64,000 nt of DNA from a bacterium (GCA_030619905.1 JAUXAO010000002.1:1193-65192); one strand, 5' to 3'; positions 27,395-38,343 are shown, counted from the stretch's first letter. The notes: generated by a model from the letters alone, not told the origin. Made by a program: numbers and translations.

Positions 27395-27435
<41 letters not shown>

Positions 27436-29365
27436 GCCCGGTGAGGGCGATGAAATAGAACCTGAAACCATTTGCTCACAAGGAGTCAGAGCCGAGCATA
27501 TAACTTGTTATATGTTTGGTGATGGCGTGCCTATTGAAGAATGAGCCAACGAGTTCAAACATATAGCTGTTTAAGTCCTTATGGGACGAAAGCAGAGCGA
27601 AAGCAAGTGTTAAAAGCGCGTTTAAAGCTGTCTGTTTGAGACCCGAAGCCAAGCGAGCTTGCCATGACCAGGGTGAGTTCCGCCGAAAGGCGGAAGGAGG
27701 CCCGAACCCGTGAGCCGTACAATACTCTGGGATGAGTTGTGGTAAGGAGTGAAAAGCTAAACGAGCTTGGTAATAGCTGGTTCTCCCCGAAATAGCTTTT
27801 GGGCTAGCCTCAGGTAAATAAACTATAGGGGTAGAGCACTGGATGGTTTATTATGGGATTTTCCTAGGTAAATCAACCAAACTCCGAATACTATAGTGTG
27901 TTATCCTGGGAGTCAGACTGTGGGGGCTAAGCTCCATGGTCAAAAGGGAAACAGCCCAGATCATAATCTAAGGTCCCTAAATTCGAGCTAAGTGTACTAA
28001 GGAAGTAGAGTCTCTTCGATAGCTAGGAGGTTAGCTTAGAAGCAGCTATCCTTTAAAAAGTGCGTAATAGCTTACTAGCTAAGAGTCTTTGCGCCGAAAA
28101 TTCAGGGGGCTCAAGCTCGATACCGAAGATATGGAGCCTTGTGCTTTGCACAGGGTTGATAGGGGAGCGTCCTCTTTGCATTGAAGTTCCGCTGTAAGGT
28201 TGGGATGGAGCGAAGAGGAGTGAGAATGTTGGCATGAGTAACCGCAATCTCGGTGAAAGTCCGAGACACCGAAAGCCTAAGGTTTCCTTGGCAATGACAA
28301 TCAGCCAAGGGTTAGGCGGTCCTAAGGTGAACCCGAAAGGGGTAGCCGATGGACAGCCGGTTAATATTCCGGCCCCTCCATTAAAGCCAAAGAGAAGACG
28401 AAGAGTCTCAACTGAGAGAGTTATTGGATTCTCTTCTTTGTGCTTCGGCATGAGGGAAGTTTTAGTTTCGGCTGAAACAACTCAGTGTAAAACTTTTCCT
28501 AGAAAATTCTTAGAGGAATACTTTAATGGAGTCCGTACCATAAACCGACACAGGTAGGCTAGTGTAAGTATACTAAGGTGAACGAGTGAAAGCTCCTGAA
28601 GGAACTCGGCAAAAAAGTGGTCGTAAGTTTGCAATAAGACCTGCCACCGTAAGGTGGCCACAGAAACATTTCCCTGGCGACTGTTTATCAAAAACACAGG
28701 TCCCTGCTTAACTTGAAAAAGGATGTATAGGGGCTGAGACCTGACCAGTGCCGGAGTGTTAATGTTGCCGGTCCAAGTATGTAACTTGTTATATATTCGG
28801 GCTGAGCGATTGAAGCCTCCGGTGAACGTCCGCGGTAACTCTGACCGTGTTAAAGTAGCATAATCCCTTGCCAGGTAAGTTCTGGCCCGCATGAATGGTT
28901 CCACGACTGGGGAACTGTCTCCAGGAGTTGCTCGGTGAAAATGCAATCCTCGTGAAGATGCGAGGTACCTGCGGCTAGACGGAAAGACCCCGGGAGCTTT
29001 ACTGTTCCCAGATATTGGTCTCTGATTTTGGATGCGTAGAGTAGGTGGTAGACTTTGAATCTTGACTTTCGGGTCAGGAGGAGTCGCCAATGAAACACCA
29101 CCCTTTCAGAATCATAGTTCTAATCCGTTATAAAGCGGAAACAGTGTCTGGTAGACAGTTTAAGTGGGGCGCTTGCCTCCTAAAAGGTAACGGAGGCGTT
29201 TAAAGGTCGGCTAGCTCCGGATGGAAATCGGAGTGATAGGACAAAGCCAAAAGCCGGCTTTACTGCAAGGCGGCTATGCCGCGCAGTTGCGAAAGCAGAA
29301 CTTAGTGAACCGACCCCGGTTAATAGGACCGGGGAAGATTATCAGATAAAAGTTACCCCGGGGAT

Positions 29366-29752
29366 AGACTCTGCTCCGCCAATTGGCGGAAAAAAGAGTT
29401 TGTTGTCCAACCCATTTTAAGTATATAGCTTATTATATGCTTGAACCGAGAACACGAAATTTTGTGTTTCGGCCGTAAGGATGGGAATGTACGGCTTATA
29501 ACGGTAAAACTAAAACCGGTCTTTCTCAGATAATTTTGAGTTTTAGAGTTTTAGCAATACCGTGGGAAGTCGGCGCATTTACTTCGTAAATACTAAATCA
29601 AGAGAGTGGAGTAAGCGCTTGACCCCGTAACGACTGAGACTTTATGTCGAGATAGTGGGTACCTGGTAACCAGGAATTAAACCATTATCATACGCCGTCC
29701 CCACTATATTTATATTAGTGGGTGAAGATATAGTCTAATCTTAAAAAGATTG
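29366..29752 (+). mobile_element. group I intron A (387 nt, no ORF) at the E. coli-equivalent L2449 site
   Basis: Exon GGGGAT|...G|AACAGGCTGG, so the 5' exon ends in U and the intron ends in G. Contains ACTGAGACTTT (R-like) and GAAGATATAGTC (S element). Confidence 0.72.
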
Positions 29753-29803
29753 AACAGGCTGGTAGGGCCCGAGAGTTCATATCTACGGCCCTGTTCGGCA
29801 CCT

Positions 29804-30677
29804 CAAAAAAAACGACAAATCGGGGTGCTATGACAGTAATGTCATACCAAAAATTTGGCTAATAACGGTGAAACCCAAGTCTTTTTATGTTAAAATAAAA
29901 AGATGGGCAATACCGTGGGAAGTCTAACTCAAGTAGAAAAATCAATTATTATTGGATCACTTTTGGGTGATGGGTATTTAAGAATTGTTCCAGGAAGGAA
30001 AAATGCATTTCTCGAAGTTAATCATAGTATATCTCAAAAAGAATACGTAGATTGGAAATTTCGGAAATTGAGAAATATAATAAAAAATCCACCAAAAGAA
30101 AGAAAAGGAAAAGGGAAAAGAATAGCTTACAGATTTTTTACACAACAACATCCTGAATTAACAGAATTATATTTAAGATTTTACAGTAATAAAGTTAAAA
30201 TTATTCCTGATCTGAAATTGAATCCATTAATTATAGCAGTATGGTTTATGGATGATGGAAGTAAAAGTTATAAAACTTACTACTTAAATACTCAAAGTTT
30301 TGATTATCTATCGCAGAAGAGATTTGTGCAAATTCTTAAAAAACAATACGATATTAATAGTTCGTTGAATCGAGATAAACAATACTATCGTATTAGAATA
30401 AAACAAGATAGCGCAAAGAGATTCAAAAAATTGATTTATAACCATATAATTTCTTCAATGAAATATAAACTTAATGAGTTATGACCCCGTAGAGACTTTG
30501 TCCCTAGAGGACAGGATAGAAGGTGCTTTGTAATAAAGATTTAAACTTCTATAATACGCCAACTCCACCAAATTTTAGCAGGTTAAGAAGATTACTTCTT
30601 CTTTACCTTCGCTTTTGCTTTACAAAAGTTCGGTGGATGAAGATATAGTCCATACTATTAGAAATAATAGATAAATG
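29804..30677 (+). mobile_element. group I intron B (874 nt, endonuclease-bearing) at the E. coli-equivalent L2500 site
   Basis: Exon GGCACCT|...G|CGATGTCGGCTCATC. Contains GTAGAGACTTT and GAAGATATAGTCC core elements. Confidence 0.8.
29903..30484 (+). CDS. LAGLIDADG homing endonuclease, double-motif (monomer-type)
   Basis: 193 aa; IIIGSLLGDGYL and LIIAVWFMDDGS motifs; located within intron B. Confidence 0.85.
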   Translation: MGNTVGSLTQVEKSIIIGSLLGDGYLRIVPGRKNAFLEVNHSISQKEYVDWKFRKLRNIIKNPPKERKGKGKRIAYRFFTQQHPELTELYLRFYSNKVKIIPDLKLNPLIIAVWFMDDGSKSYKTYYLNTQSFDYLSQKRFVQILKKQYDINSSLNRDKQYYRIRIKQDSAKRFKKLIYNHIISSMKYKLNEL

Positions 30678-30745
30678 CGATGTCGGCTCATCCTATCCTG
30701 GAGGTGGAGAAGCTTCCAAGGGTTTGGCTGTTCGCCAATTAAAAG

Positions 30746-30782
<37 letters not shown>

Positions 30783-31068
30783 TGGTCCCTATCTACCGTA
30801 GGCGTTGAGTTTTGAGGGGGGTTCGAGATAGTACGAGAGGACCTCTCGGAGCTAACCTCTGGTGTACCAGTTGTCGTGCCAACGGCATAGCTGGGTAGCT
30901 AAGTTAGTAAGGGATAAGCACTGAAGGCATATAAGTGCGAAGCCCGACCCAAGATTAGAACTCTTAGATTCCTCAAAGATGATGAGGTTGATAGGCTCCA
31001 GGTGTAAGTGGGGCAACCCATTCAGCCGAGGAGTACTAATAATCAATCATATTTTTAGATAAGGCCTA

Positions 31069-31093
31069 TTGGCTAGTAGTTAGTAATCATAAA
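31069..31093 (+). other. 23S trailer half of the precursor processing stem
   Basis: Complementary to 26806-26830; lies between 23S and 5S. Confidence 0.65.
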
Positions 31094-31106
31094 TTTTGAA
31101 AATATC

Positions 31107-31218
31107 ATCTTGGTGATAATACCGAGGTTGTTCCACCCGATCCCATTCCGAACTCGGAAGTGAAATACCTCAGGGCTGATGATAGTACATTTGTGCGAAA
31201 GTAAGTCGTCGCCAAGAT
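31107..31218 (+). rRNA. rrf: 5S ribosomal RNA
   Basis: ATCTTGGTG...CCACCCGATCCCATTCCGAACTCGGAAGTGAAA...CGCCAAGAT; the termini are complementary. Confidence 0.9.
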
Positions 31219-31240
31219 AATGTTTTCAAGAATTATGTAA

Positions 31241-31268
31241 AAAACTCCCATTCAGGGAGTTTTTATTT
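31241..31268 (+). terminator. rho-independent terminator after 5S
   Basis: AAAAACTCCC-ATTCA-GGGAGTTTTTATTT. Confidence 0.65.
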
Positions 31269-31300
31269 GGGATTTCATTATGATACAATAAAGTAAAATT

Positions 31301-32113
31301 ATGACATCAAAAAGTAGAAATTTCTTTTTAGTGATTGCTGTTCTCTTAATTTTAATAACTCTAAATCAATTCTTTTTGGATGAGGTTAAGAATACTTTTT
31401 ATATTGTTACTTCACCTATTCAGAATATTTTTTGGAAAAAAGGAGAAGAATTTTCAGGTTTTCTGCAGACCTTAGTCAAAATTAAAAGTTTAAAAATAGA
31501 AAATGAAGAACTTTTGAAGCAGAATCAAGAACTTCTGAGGATAATAGGAGAAGTTAAAGATTTAAGAAAAGAGAATCAAGCCTTAAAAGAGGTTTTAAAC
31601 CTTGAGATTGAGAAGGATTTTGAATTAATTTTAGTTGAGGTGATAAGTAAAGAGACAGATGGAGATTTTATTCTGATTTCCAAAGGAAGCGAAGATGGAA
31701 TCTCAGAAAATATGCCGGTTATAACAAAAGAGAAGATAGTTGTAGGAACTGTTGAGAAAGTATACAAAAATTTTTCAAGAATTTCGCTCCTTTCTAATCA
31801 AAAAAGTAGTTTTGATGTTGAAATTCAAAACAAGGAAGGTGATGAAATTTATGGATTAGCCCAGGGACAAGGTGACTTAAGAATTCGACTTAAGTTTGTT
31901 CCCCAGGAAGAAAAAATAACAGAAGGTGATGTGGTTTTCACTACTGTTTTAGCTGGAATTTTCCCAAAAGGACTCCTGGTAGGAGAGATTGAGGAGGTGA
32001 AAAAAAGTGATTTATCAGCTTTTCAAGAAGCAGAAATTAATCCATATTTCAAAAAGAATTTATCAGAGATTTTATTTGTCATCAAAAGTTTTGTTCCCAA
32101 AAAGGAATTATGA
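31301..32113 (+). CDS. mreC: rod shape-determining protein MreC
   Basis: N-terminal TM, coiled-coil LKIENEELLKQNQELL, C-terminal beta domain with FPKGLLVGEIEEV; followed by mreD-like and pbp2 genes. Confidence 0.8.
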   Translation: MTSKSRNFFLVIAVLLILITLNQFFLDEVKNTFYIVTSPIQNIFWKKGEEFSGFLQTLVKIKSLKIENEELLKQNQELLRIIGEVKDLRKENQALKEVLNLEIEKDFELILVEVISKETDGDFILISKGSEDGISENMPVITKEKIVVGTVEKVYKNFSRISLLSNQKSSFDVEIQNKEGDEIYGLAQGQGDLRIRLKFVPQEEKITEGDVVFTTVLAGIFPKGLLVGEIEEVKKSDLSAFQEAEINPYFKKNLSEILFVIKSFVPKKEL

Positions 32114-32577
32114 AAAAGGAACTATTCTTGATTTTATTTATTTATTTTTTAGTCCTATTTCAACAAAGCCTTTTACCCCATTTTGTTGTTTGGGGTATAA
32201 CCCTAAACCTCGTTTTAATTTCTATTTTTCTTTTGAATTTCCTGGAAAACAGTTCAGGAATAATCTTAGCTTTTTTTGCTGGGCTAATTTTAGATATTTA
32301 TTCAGGATCACTTATAGGTACTTCTGCTTTAGCTTTTTTAATTTTAGCAGTTTTAATTAGAAAATCTTCTCAACTTTTTCAAAAATCAAATATTTTTTAT
32401 CTGATTGCCATGTTTTCTTTTAGTCTACTTTTTTATAAATTCTTTTTAGGTTTCGTTCAAAATTTCTCTTTTCAATTTCATTTTAATGTTTTAACTTTTT
32501 TAGTAGAAGATTTTTTTAGCTTAATCTTGCTTTTTCTTGGTCTTTTTTTGTTTCAAAAAAGGAAAAAAGTTAATTAA
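32110..32577 (+). CDS. mreD: MreD-like integral membrane protein
   Basis: 155-aa polytopic protein; ATGA overlap with mreC; position between mreC and pbp2. Confidence 0.55.
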   Translation: MKKELFLILFIYFLVLFQQSLLPHFVVWGITLNLVLISIFLLNFLENSSGIILAFFAGLILDIYSGSLIGTSALAFLILAVLIRKSSQLFQKSNIFYLIAMFSFSLLFYKFFLGFVQNFSFQFHFNVLTFLVEDFFSLILLFLGLFLFQKRKKVN

Positions 32578-32580
32578 AAT

Positions 32581-34530
32581 ATGAAAGGGATTTTTAAAAA
32601 CAAAAAAGTGAAGAAAAAAAGCGGGGAAATTGAGATGGAAGAAATCTTTTTGGATAATTTTTTAGAAAAACAAAAAGAAAATCTTGAGATTTTCGATAAA
32701 AGATTAGAAATTCCTTTAACTAAACAAATTCTCTATTTGTTTCTCTTATCTTCTTTTATTCTAATCGGAGTTTTATGGATATCATGTTTTCAGCTTCAGG
32801 TAACCAAGGGAGAAGATTACAAGATATTATCTGAAAAAAATAAATTTGCAGTTTTAAAAATTCAGGCCTCTCGAGGCGTAATTTACGACCGCAATTTAGA
32901 ACAATTGGTTTGGAACCAATCAAGTTTTGATTTAATTTTAGATAAATCTCAACTTCCAGAAGAAGAATCAGAGAGAATAGAAATAATAAAAGAAGTTTCA
33001 AAAATTATTGGTTCAGATATTGAGATAGAGAATGTCTTAGTGGCTGAGAATCTTCCTTATCAAACCTTGATTTCTTTGGAAGCAGAAATTGAAAAATTTC
33101 CAGGTTTTCTCATAAAAGAGAGTTCAATTAGAAAATATAAAGATTGTTATAGCCTTGCCCACATTCTTGGTTATATGGGTAAAATAAAAGCTTCAGAGCT
33201 TGAAGAATGTCAGGAATGTTCGATCTTAGATTTTGTTGGTCGAGAGGGATTAGAAAACTCATATGAAGAAGCCTTACGGGAAAAGAAAGGAAAAATTCAA
33301 ATTGAGAGAACAGCTGAAGGAGAAGAAATTTCCAGAGAAATAACCGAATATCCAGAATCAGGAAATAGTTTAATTTTGACCTTGGATCTTTCCTTACAAG
33401 AAAAGATTGAACAAGTATTAATAGAAACTTTGAAAGAAATCGGCTCGCAAGGAGGAGCAGCTGTGGCCTTAGACCCAAGACAAGGAAACGTTTTAGCCTC
33501 GGTTTCTCTCCCTTCTTTTGATAATAATCTTTTTGCCCAAGGTATTAAATTAGAAGAACTTCAAAAACTTAATGAAGATAAAAGAAACCCTCAAGTTAAT
33601 CGAGTTATCAGCGGACTTTATCTTATAGGTTCAACTATTAAACCCTTAATTGGAAGTGCTGCTTTAGAAGAAGGAGTGGTTAAAGAAACTACTAAACTTT
33701 ACTGTCCATTAGATCTCTGCTTGGAAAATATATACACAAAAGAGAAAGAATGTTTTTCTGATTGGAAATTCCATGGTTTAAGTGAGATAAAAAGAGCAAT
33801 AGCCGAATCAATCAACCCTTTCTTTTATATGATTGGAGGTGGATATAATAGACCGGGATTTGCTGATTTAAGATTGCCAAAACATTTTGAAGGATTAGGT
33901 ATTGAGAAAATTAAAAAATACCTTAAACTATTTGGTTTAGGGGAAAAAGCAGGAATTGATTTGCCGGGAGAACTTAAAGGAAGAGTTCCTGATCAGGAAT
34001 GGAAGGAGAATTATTTTGCTAATCAGCCTAGGGCTCAACAAATATGGTATTTAGGAGATACATATAATCTTTCTATTGGTCAGGGGTATCTTTTAGTAAC
34101 TCCTATTCAGATTGCTTCAGCTTTTTCAGCAATTGCTAATGGTGGAATTTTATATCAGCCCAAAATAGTTGACAAAGTTATTAATTCGGAGAAAGAATTA
34201 GTTGAAGAGAAAAAATCAGAAATAATCCGTAAAGATTTTATTAATCTAACTAATCTTGAAATTATCAGACAGGGAATGAAACAAGCAGTAACTTCTCCAG
34301 TTGGTTCGGCTTTTAGACTTAATTCCTTACCAGTAGAAGTGGCTGCCAAGACTGGAACAGCTCAGATAGGTTTGGAAAACATTTACCAAAATTGGATAAC
34401 AGTATTTGCTCCTTACGATGACCCAGAAATTGTTCTGACTGTGCTTATAGAAAAAGTGGAAGGAATGAGAATTAGCTCTCAAAAAGTAGCCAAAGAAGTT
34501 CTTGAATGGTATTTTGATGAAAATAAGTAA
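32581..34530 (+). CDS. mrdA: penicillin-binding protein 2 (elongation transpeptidase)
   Basis: N-terminal TM, dimerisation domain, GSTIKP (SxxK) and KTGTAQ. Confidence 0.85.
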   Translation: MKGIFKNKKVKKKSGEIEMEEIFLDNFLEKQKENLEIFDKRLEIPLTKQILYLFLLSSFILIGVLWISCFQLQVTKGEDYKILSEKNKFAVLKIQASRGVIYDRNLEQLVWNQSSFDLILDKSQLPEEESERIEIIKEVSKIIGSDIEIENVLVAENLPYQTLISLEAEIEKFPGFLIKESSIRKYKDCYSLAHILGYMGKIKASELEECQECSILDFVGREGLENSYEEALREKKGKIQIERTAEGEEISREITEYPESGNSLILTLDLSLQEKIEQVLIETLKEIGSQGGAAVALDPRQGNVLASVSLPSFDNNLFAQGIKLEELQKLNEDKRNPQVNRVISGLYLIGSTIKPLIGSAALEEGVVKETTKLYCPLDLCLENIYTKEKECFSDWKFHGLSEIKRAIAESINPFFYMIGGGYNRPGFADLRLPKHFEGLGIEKIKKYLKLFGLGEKAGIDLPGELKGRVPDQEWKENYFANQPRAQQIWYLGDTYNLSIGQGYLLVTPIQIASAFSAIANGGILYQPKIVDKVINSEKELVEEKKSEIIRKDFINLTNLEIIRQGMKQAVTSPVGSAFRLNSLPVEVAAKTGTAQIGLENIYQNWITVFAPYDDPEIVLTVLIEKVEGMRISSQKVAKEVLEWYFDENK

Positions 34531-34538
34531 TATCTGGC

Positions 34539-34567
34539 TTGAAACAAAGTTGATTTTAAATTAAAAT
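34539..34567 (+). promoter_or_regulatory. candidate promoter for lysS
   Basis: TTGAAA (34539-34544), 17 nt, TAAAAT (34562-34567). Confidence 0.3.
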
Positions 34568-34592
34568 AAAATTGTTGAAGTAATAAAATATT

Positions 34593-36062
34593 ATGGCTAA
34601 TTTAGAAGAGATAAGAAAAAATCGGGAGAATAAACTGAAGAAATTTTTACAAGCTGGTTTTAATCCTTATCCTCAAAAAACAGAAAGAACTCACAAAATA
34701 AGTGAGGTTCTTAAAGATTTTTTGAAATTAAAAAGAAGTTCTCGTGAAGTTATTATTGCTGGGAGGTTAAGGGCTTTTAGAAGACATGGAGGAGCTATCT
34801 TTTTTGACTTAGAAGATGGCTCAGGTAGAATACAGGTGCTTTTAAGAAGAGATATGGTTGGAGAAAAGGCTTTTCAGTTTTTTGAAGAGTATTTTAACAT
34901 TGGTGATTTTCTTGAAGTTAAAGGAGAAACCTTTGAAACAAAAACAGGAGAAAAGACGATCCAAGTTTCTGATTTCAAGATGTTAGCTAAATCCCTGCTT
35001 CCTTTGCCAGAAAAATGGCATGGCTTAAAGGATATTGAAGAAAGATACAGAAAGAGATATTTGGATTTAATTTTCAATTCTGAGATTAAAAAGAAGTTTG
35101 AAATTCGTTCTAAAATTATAAATAATATTAGAGAATTTTTAGAGAAAGAAGAATTTTTAGAAGTTGAAACACCGATTTTACAGCCAATTTACGGCGGGGC
35201 TCGGGCCAAACCTTTTAAAACTCATTTAAATGCCTTAGACATTGATTTATATCTAAGAATTTCCCCTGAGCTTTATTTAAAACGGCTTTTAATTGGTGGA
35301 CTTGATAAGGTATATGAGATTGGAAAATGTTTTAGAAACGAAGGCATGGATAAATTACACAATCCGGATTTTACTATGCTTGAATTTTATTGGGCTTATG
35401 CAGATTACAAGGATATGATGAAATTTACTGAAAAAATGTTTAATTATGTCCTTAAAAAAGTTTTTAAGAAACTGGAAGTAAAATATCAAAATAAAAAGAT
35501 AAATTTTAAAACTCCATGGAAAAGAATAGAATTTTCACAAATACTTAAGCGATATGCAAAAATAAATCTTGAAGAAATCAATCGAGATGCCTTAGCGAAA
35601 AAAGCAAGAGAGCTTGGAATTTCAATAAAAAAAGCAAGACCAAAAGCAGAAATTGCCGATGAGATTTATAAAAAAGTTTGTCGGCCGAAAATTTGGGATC
35701 CTACTTTTATAATTCATCATCCTTTAGGTTTTCAGCCATTAGCTAAACATTTAGAGAAAACCCCAGAAAAATTAGCCAATTTTCAATTAGTTATTGGAGG
35801 ATTAGAGTTAGCTAATGCTTTTTCTGAGTTAAATAATCCTGAAGAACAGAGAAGAAGATTTAAAGAGCAGGAAAAATTTTTTGAAGCTGGTCTTGAAGAA
35901 GCTCAAAGGCTAGATAAAGATTTTTTAGAAGCATTGGAGTATGGAATGCCACCAGCAGCTGGTTTTGGGATGGGGATTGACCGACTTGTAGCTCTTTTAA
36001 CTGATTCTCATAATTTAAGAGAAGTGATATTGTTCCCGACAATGCGTCCAAAAGAAAAATAA
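34593..36062 (+). CDS. lysS: lysine--tRNA ligase, class II
   Basis: GRLRAFRRHGGAIFFDLEDGSG, FRNEGMD, and GFGMGIDRLVALLT. Confidence 0.95.
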   Translation: MANLEEIRKNRENKLKKFLQAGFNPYPQKTERTHKISEVLKDFLKLKRSSREVIIAGRLRAFRRHGGAIFFDLEDGSGRIQVLLRRDMVGEKAFQFFEEYFNIGDFLEVKGETFETKTGEKTIQVSDFKMLAKSLLPLPEKWHGLKDIEERYRKRYLDLIFNSEIKKKFEIRSKIINNIREFLEKEEFLEVETPILQPIYGGARAKPFKTHLNALDIDLYLRISPELYLKRLLIGGLDKVYEIGKCFRNEGMDKLHNPDFTMLEFYWAYADYKDMMKFTEKMFNYVLKKVFKKLEVKYQNKKINFKTPWKRIEFSQILKRYAKINLEEINRDALAKKARELGISIKKARPKAEIADEIYKKVCRPKIWDPTFIIHHPLGFQPLAKHLEKTPEKLANFQLVIGGLELANAFSELNNPEEQRRRFKEQEKFFEAGLEEAQRLDKDFLEALEYGMPPAAGFGMGIDRLVALLTDSHNLREVILFPTMRPKEK

Positions 36063-36089
36063 TCAATAGTCAATAGTCAATAAACATCT

Positions 36090-37370
36090 ATGTTAGATAT
36101 AAAATTTATTCGGGAAAATTCCGATAAAATAAAAGAAGTCTGTGAGAAAAAAGGAATTGAACTTGATATAGATTATCTTTTGTCTTTGGATAAGAAAAGA
36201 AGAGACCTGATTAAAAAGTCAGAAGGCTTAAGGTTTCAGCAAAAAAAATTAGGCAAGGAAGAAAGAAAAAAAGCCAAGGACATCAAAGATGATTTTAAAA
36301 AAATTAAAACCGAACTCAAAAAAATAGAAGAAGAATATGAAAAACTGATGCTTTTAGTGCCGAATGTTTATTCTGATGATACGCCTATTGGTCCGGATGA
36401 AAGCGGAAATAAAGAAATCTATCGTTGGGGAAAGGTGCCAAAGTTTGATTTTCCTATTAAAGATCATATTCAATTAGGAAAAGATTTAGATTTAATCGAT
36501 TTTGAAAAAGGTGTAAAAGTTTCAGGATTTCGAGGATATTTTTTAAAGAATGAAGCCGTTCTTTTGCAATTAGGCCTTATTATGCACGCAATCTTAAAAA
36601 TGTCAGCTAAAGGCTTTAAATTAATGATTACCCCAACATTACTGAAAGAATTTACATTAATTGGGAGCGGTCATTTTCCAGTAGGTAAAGAGGATATTTA
36701 TCAGGTAGCAAATCCAGGTAAATTAGCTGATGGAAATTTCATCAAAGAGCCTTTATTTTTAACTGGAACAGCTGAAACTCCACTGCTTGCTTATTTTTCA
36801 GGAACTACTTTTAAAGAAAGCGATTTACCTATCAAGGTTTGTGGCTTTTCTCCTTGTTATCGTTCTGAAATAGGCAGTTATGGAAAAGATACAAAAGGTC
36901 TTTATCGACTTCATGAATTTGTCAAGGTTGAGCATATAGTTTTTTGTAAAAATGATAACAAAGAATCTGATCAATGGCTGGAAAAAATGAAGTTAAATTC
37001 CCAGGAAATTCTTGAAGATTTAGGATTGCCTTATCGAGTAATTCAGATTTGCAGTGGAGATATGGGGGCAGGCAAGAGAAAGATGTATGATGTTGAAACC
37101 TGGATGCCTTCGAGAAATTCTTATGGAGAAACCCATTCTGCCTCTAACATGACCGATTGGCAGTCAAGGCGGTTAAATATAAAATACAAAGATAGTAAAG
37201 GAGAAATTAAATACGTTCATGCCTTAAACGATACAGTTGTTGCTATGCCGCGTATTTTGATTCCTATTTTAGAATGTTATCAAAGGAAGGATGGAAAGAT
37301 TGATGTACCTAAGGTTCTCCAAAAATACTTAGGATTTAAGAAAATTCCAAGCAGCGATGTTAGAATTTAA
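36090..37370 (+). CDS. serS: serine--tRNA ligase
   Basis: MLDIKFIREN, N-terminal coiled coil, TAETPLLAY, CYRSEIGS and ALNDTVVAMPR. Confidence 0.95.
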   Translation: MLDIKFIRENSDKIKEVCEKKGIELDIDYLLSLDKKRRDLIKKSEGLRFQQKKLGKEERKKAKDIKDDFKKIKTELKKIEEEYEKLMLLVPNVYSDDTPIGPDESGNKEIYRWGKVPKFDFPIKDHIQLGKDLDLIDFEKGVKVSGFRGYFLKNEAVLLQLGLIMHAILKMSAKGFKLMITPTLLKEFTLIGSGHFPVGKEDIYQVANPGKLADGNFIKEPLFLTGTAETPLLAYFSGTTFKESDLPIKVCGFSPCYRSEIGSYGKDTKGLYRLHEFVKVEHIVFCKNDNKESDQWLEKMKLNSQEILEDLGLPYRVIQICSGDMGAGKRKMYDVETWMPSRNSYGETHSASNMTDWQSRRLNIKYKDSKGEIKYVHALNDTVVAMPRILIPILECYQRKDGKIDVPKVLQKYLGFKKIPSSDVRI

Positions 37371-38343
37371 GGAAGAAAATGGAAAAGAAAAATGGAATGA
37401 ATTTATTATTAATAACAAAGGAAGTTTTCTTCAATCTTTTGAGTGGGGTCAATTTCAAAAAGCATTAGGAAAAAAAGTTTGGAGATTTGGAATATCCCGA
37501 GATAATTTGGTTATAGCTGAGATTCAAATGATAAAAGAGACTTTTCCTCTTGGAAGAAAGTCTTTTTTTTATATTCCTTTTGGTCCAATTTTTGAGAAGA
37601 ATATTGGAACTGAGGAAAGAAAAGAAATCTTCGACTTACTTTTCAGAAAAATTACTCAGATTGCCAAAAAAGAAAAAGCCATCTTTTTAAAAATTGAACC
37701 TCTGTCTTCTTTATTTAAAAAAGAAAATTTCGAAATTCCTCCAAGAAGAATCCAACCTCAAAAAACATTACTTTTAGATCTTAAGAAGAAGGAAGAAGAT
37801 ATTTTCAAGAATTTTACCTATAAAGTAAGATATAATGTAAGATTATCGGAGCGGAAAGGAGTAAAAATTGAATTTAAAGATAAATATCTTCCGGAGTTTT
37901 ATGAATTAATAAAAAAAACTGCTGAAAAAGATCAATTTCGTCCTTTTGACGAAGAGTATTACAAAAAGTTATTTGATGTTGTTAGTAAAGACTTTAAAGT
38001 TAAATTGTGTTTGGCAAATTACAAAGGAAGAATTATTGCTGCAAATATCTTAATTTTTTTTGGGAAAGATAGTACTGGAGTTCATGGTGCTTCAGACTGG
38101 AAATACAAAGTCCTGAAAGCTCCTAATCTTTTGCAATGGGAAAGAATAAGATTTTCTAAAAATAGGGGATATGAAAGATATAATTTTTGGGGGATTGATG
38201 AAAAAAAATGGCCAGGCCTAACCTTTTTTAAAAAAGGTTTCGGTGGGAAAGAATTTATATATCCAGAAGGAGGAGATATTGTTTTTCAGAATTTTTGGTA
38301 TAGAGTTTATAAATTATTAAGAAAAATTAAAAAATGTTTTTAG
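37357..38343 (+). CDS. FemAB-family aminoacyl-tRNA-dependent peptidoglycan peptidyltransferase (FemX-like)
   Basis: WNEFIINNKGSFLQSFEWGQFQ N-terminus and overall length typical of the family. The start lies 14 nt inside serS. Confidence 0.7.
   Translation: MLEFKEENGKEKWNEFIINNKGSFLQSFEWGQFQKALGKKVWRFGISRDNLVIAEIQMIKETFPLGRKSFFYIPFGPIFEKNIGTEERKEIFDLLFRKITQIAKKEKAIFLKIEPLSSLFKKENFEIPPRRIQPQKTLLLDLKKKEEDIFKNFTYKVRYNVRLSERKGVKIEFKDKYLPEFYELIKKTAEKDQFRPFDEEYYKKLFDVVSKDFKVKLCLANYKGRIIAANILIFFGKDSTGVHGASDWKYKVLKAPNLLQWERIRFSKNRGYERYNFWGIDEKKWPGLTFFKKGFGGKEFIYPEGGDIVFQNFWYRVYKLLRKIKKCF

Noticed and set aside
32007-32360. 117-aa plus-strand ORF overlapping the mreC end and mreD start in another frame
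   Set aside because: It is out of frame with two syntenic, better-supported genes, and the product is an F/S/Y-rich low-complexity string.
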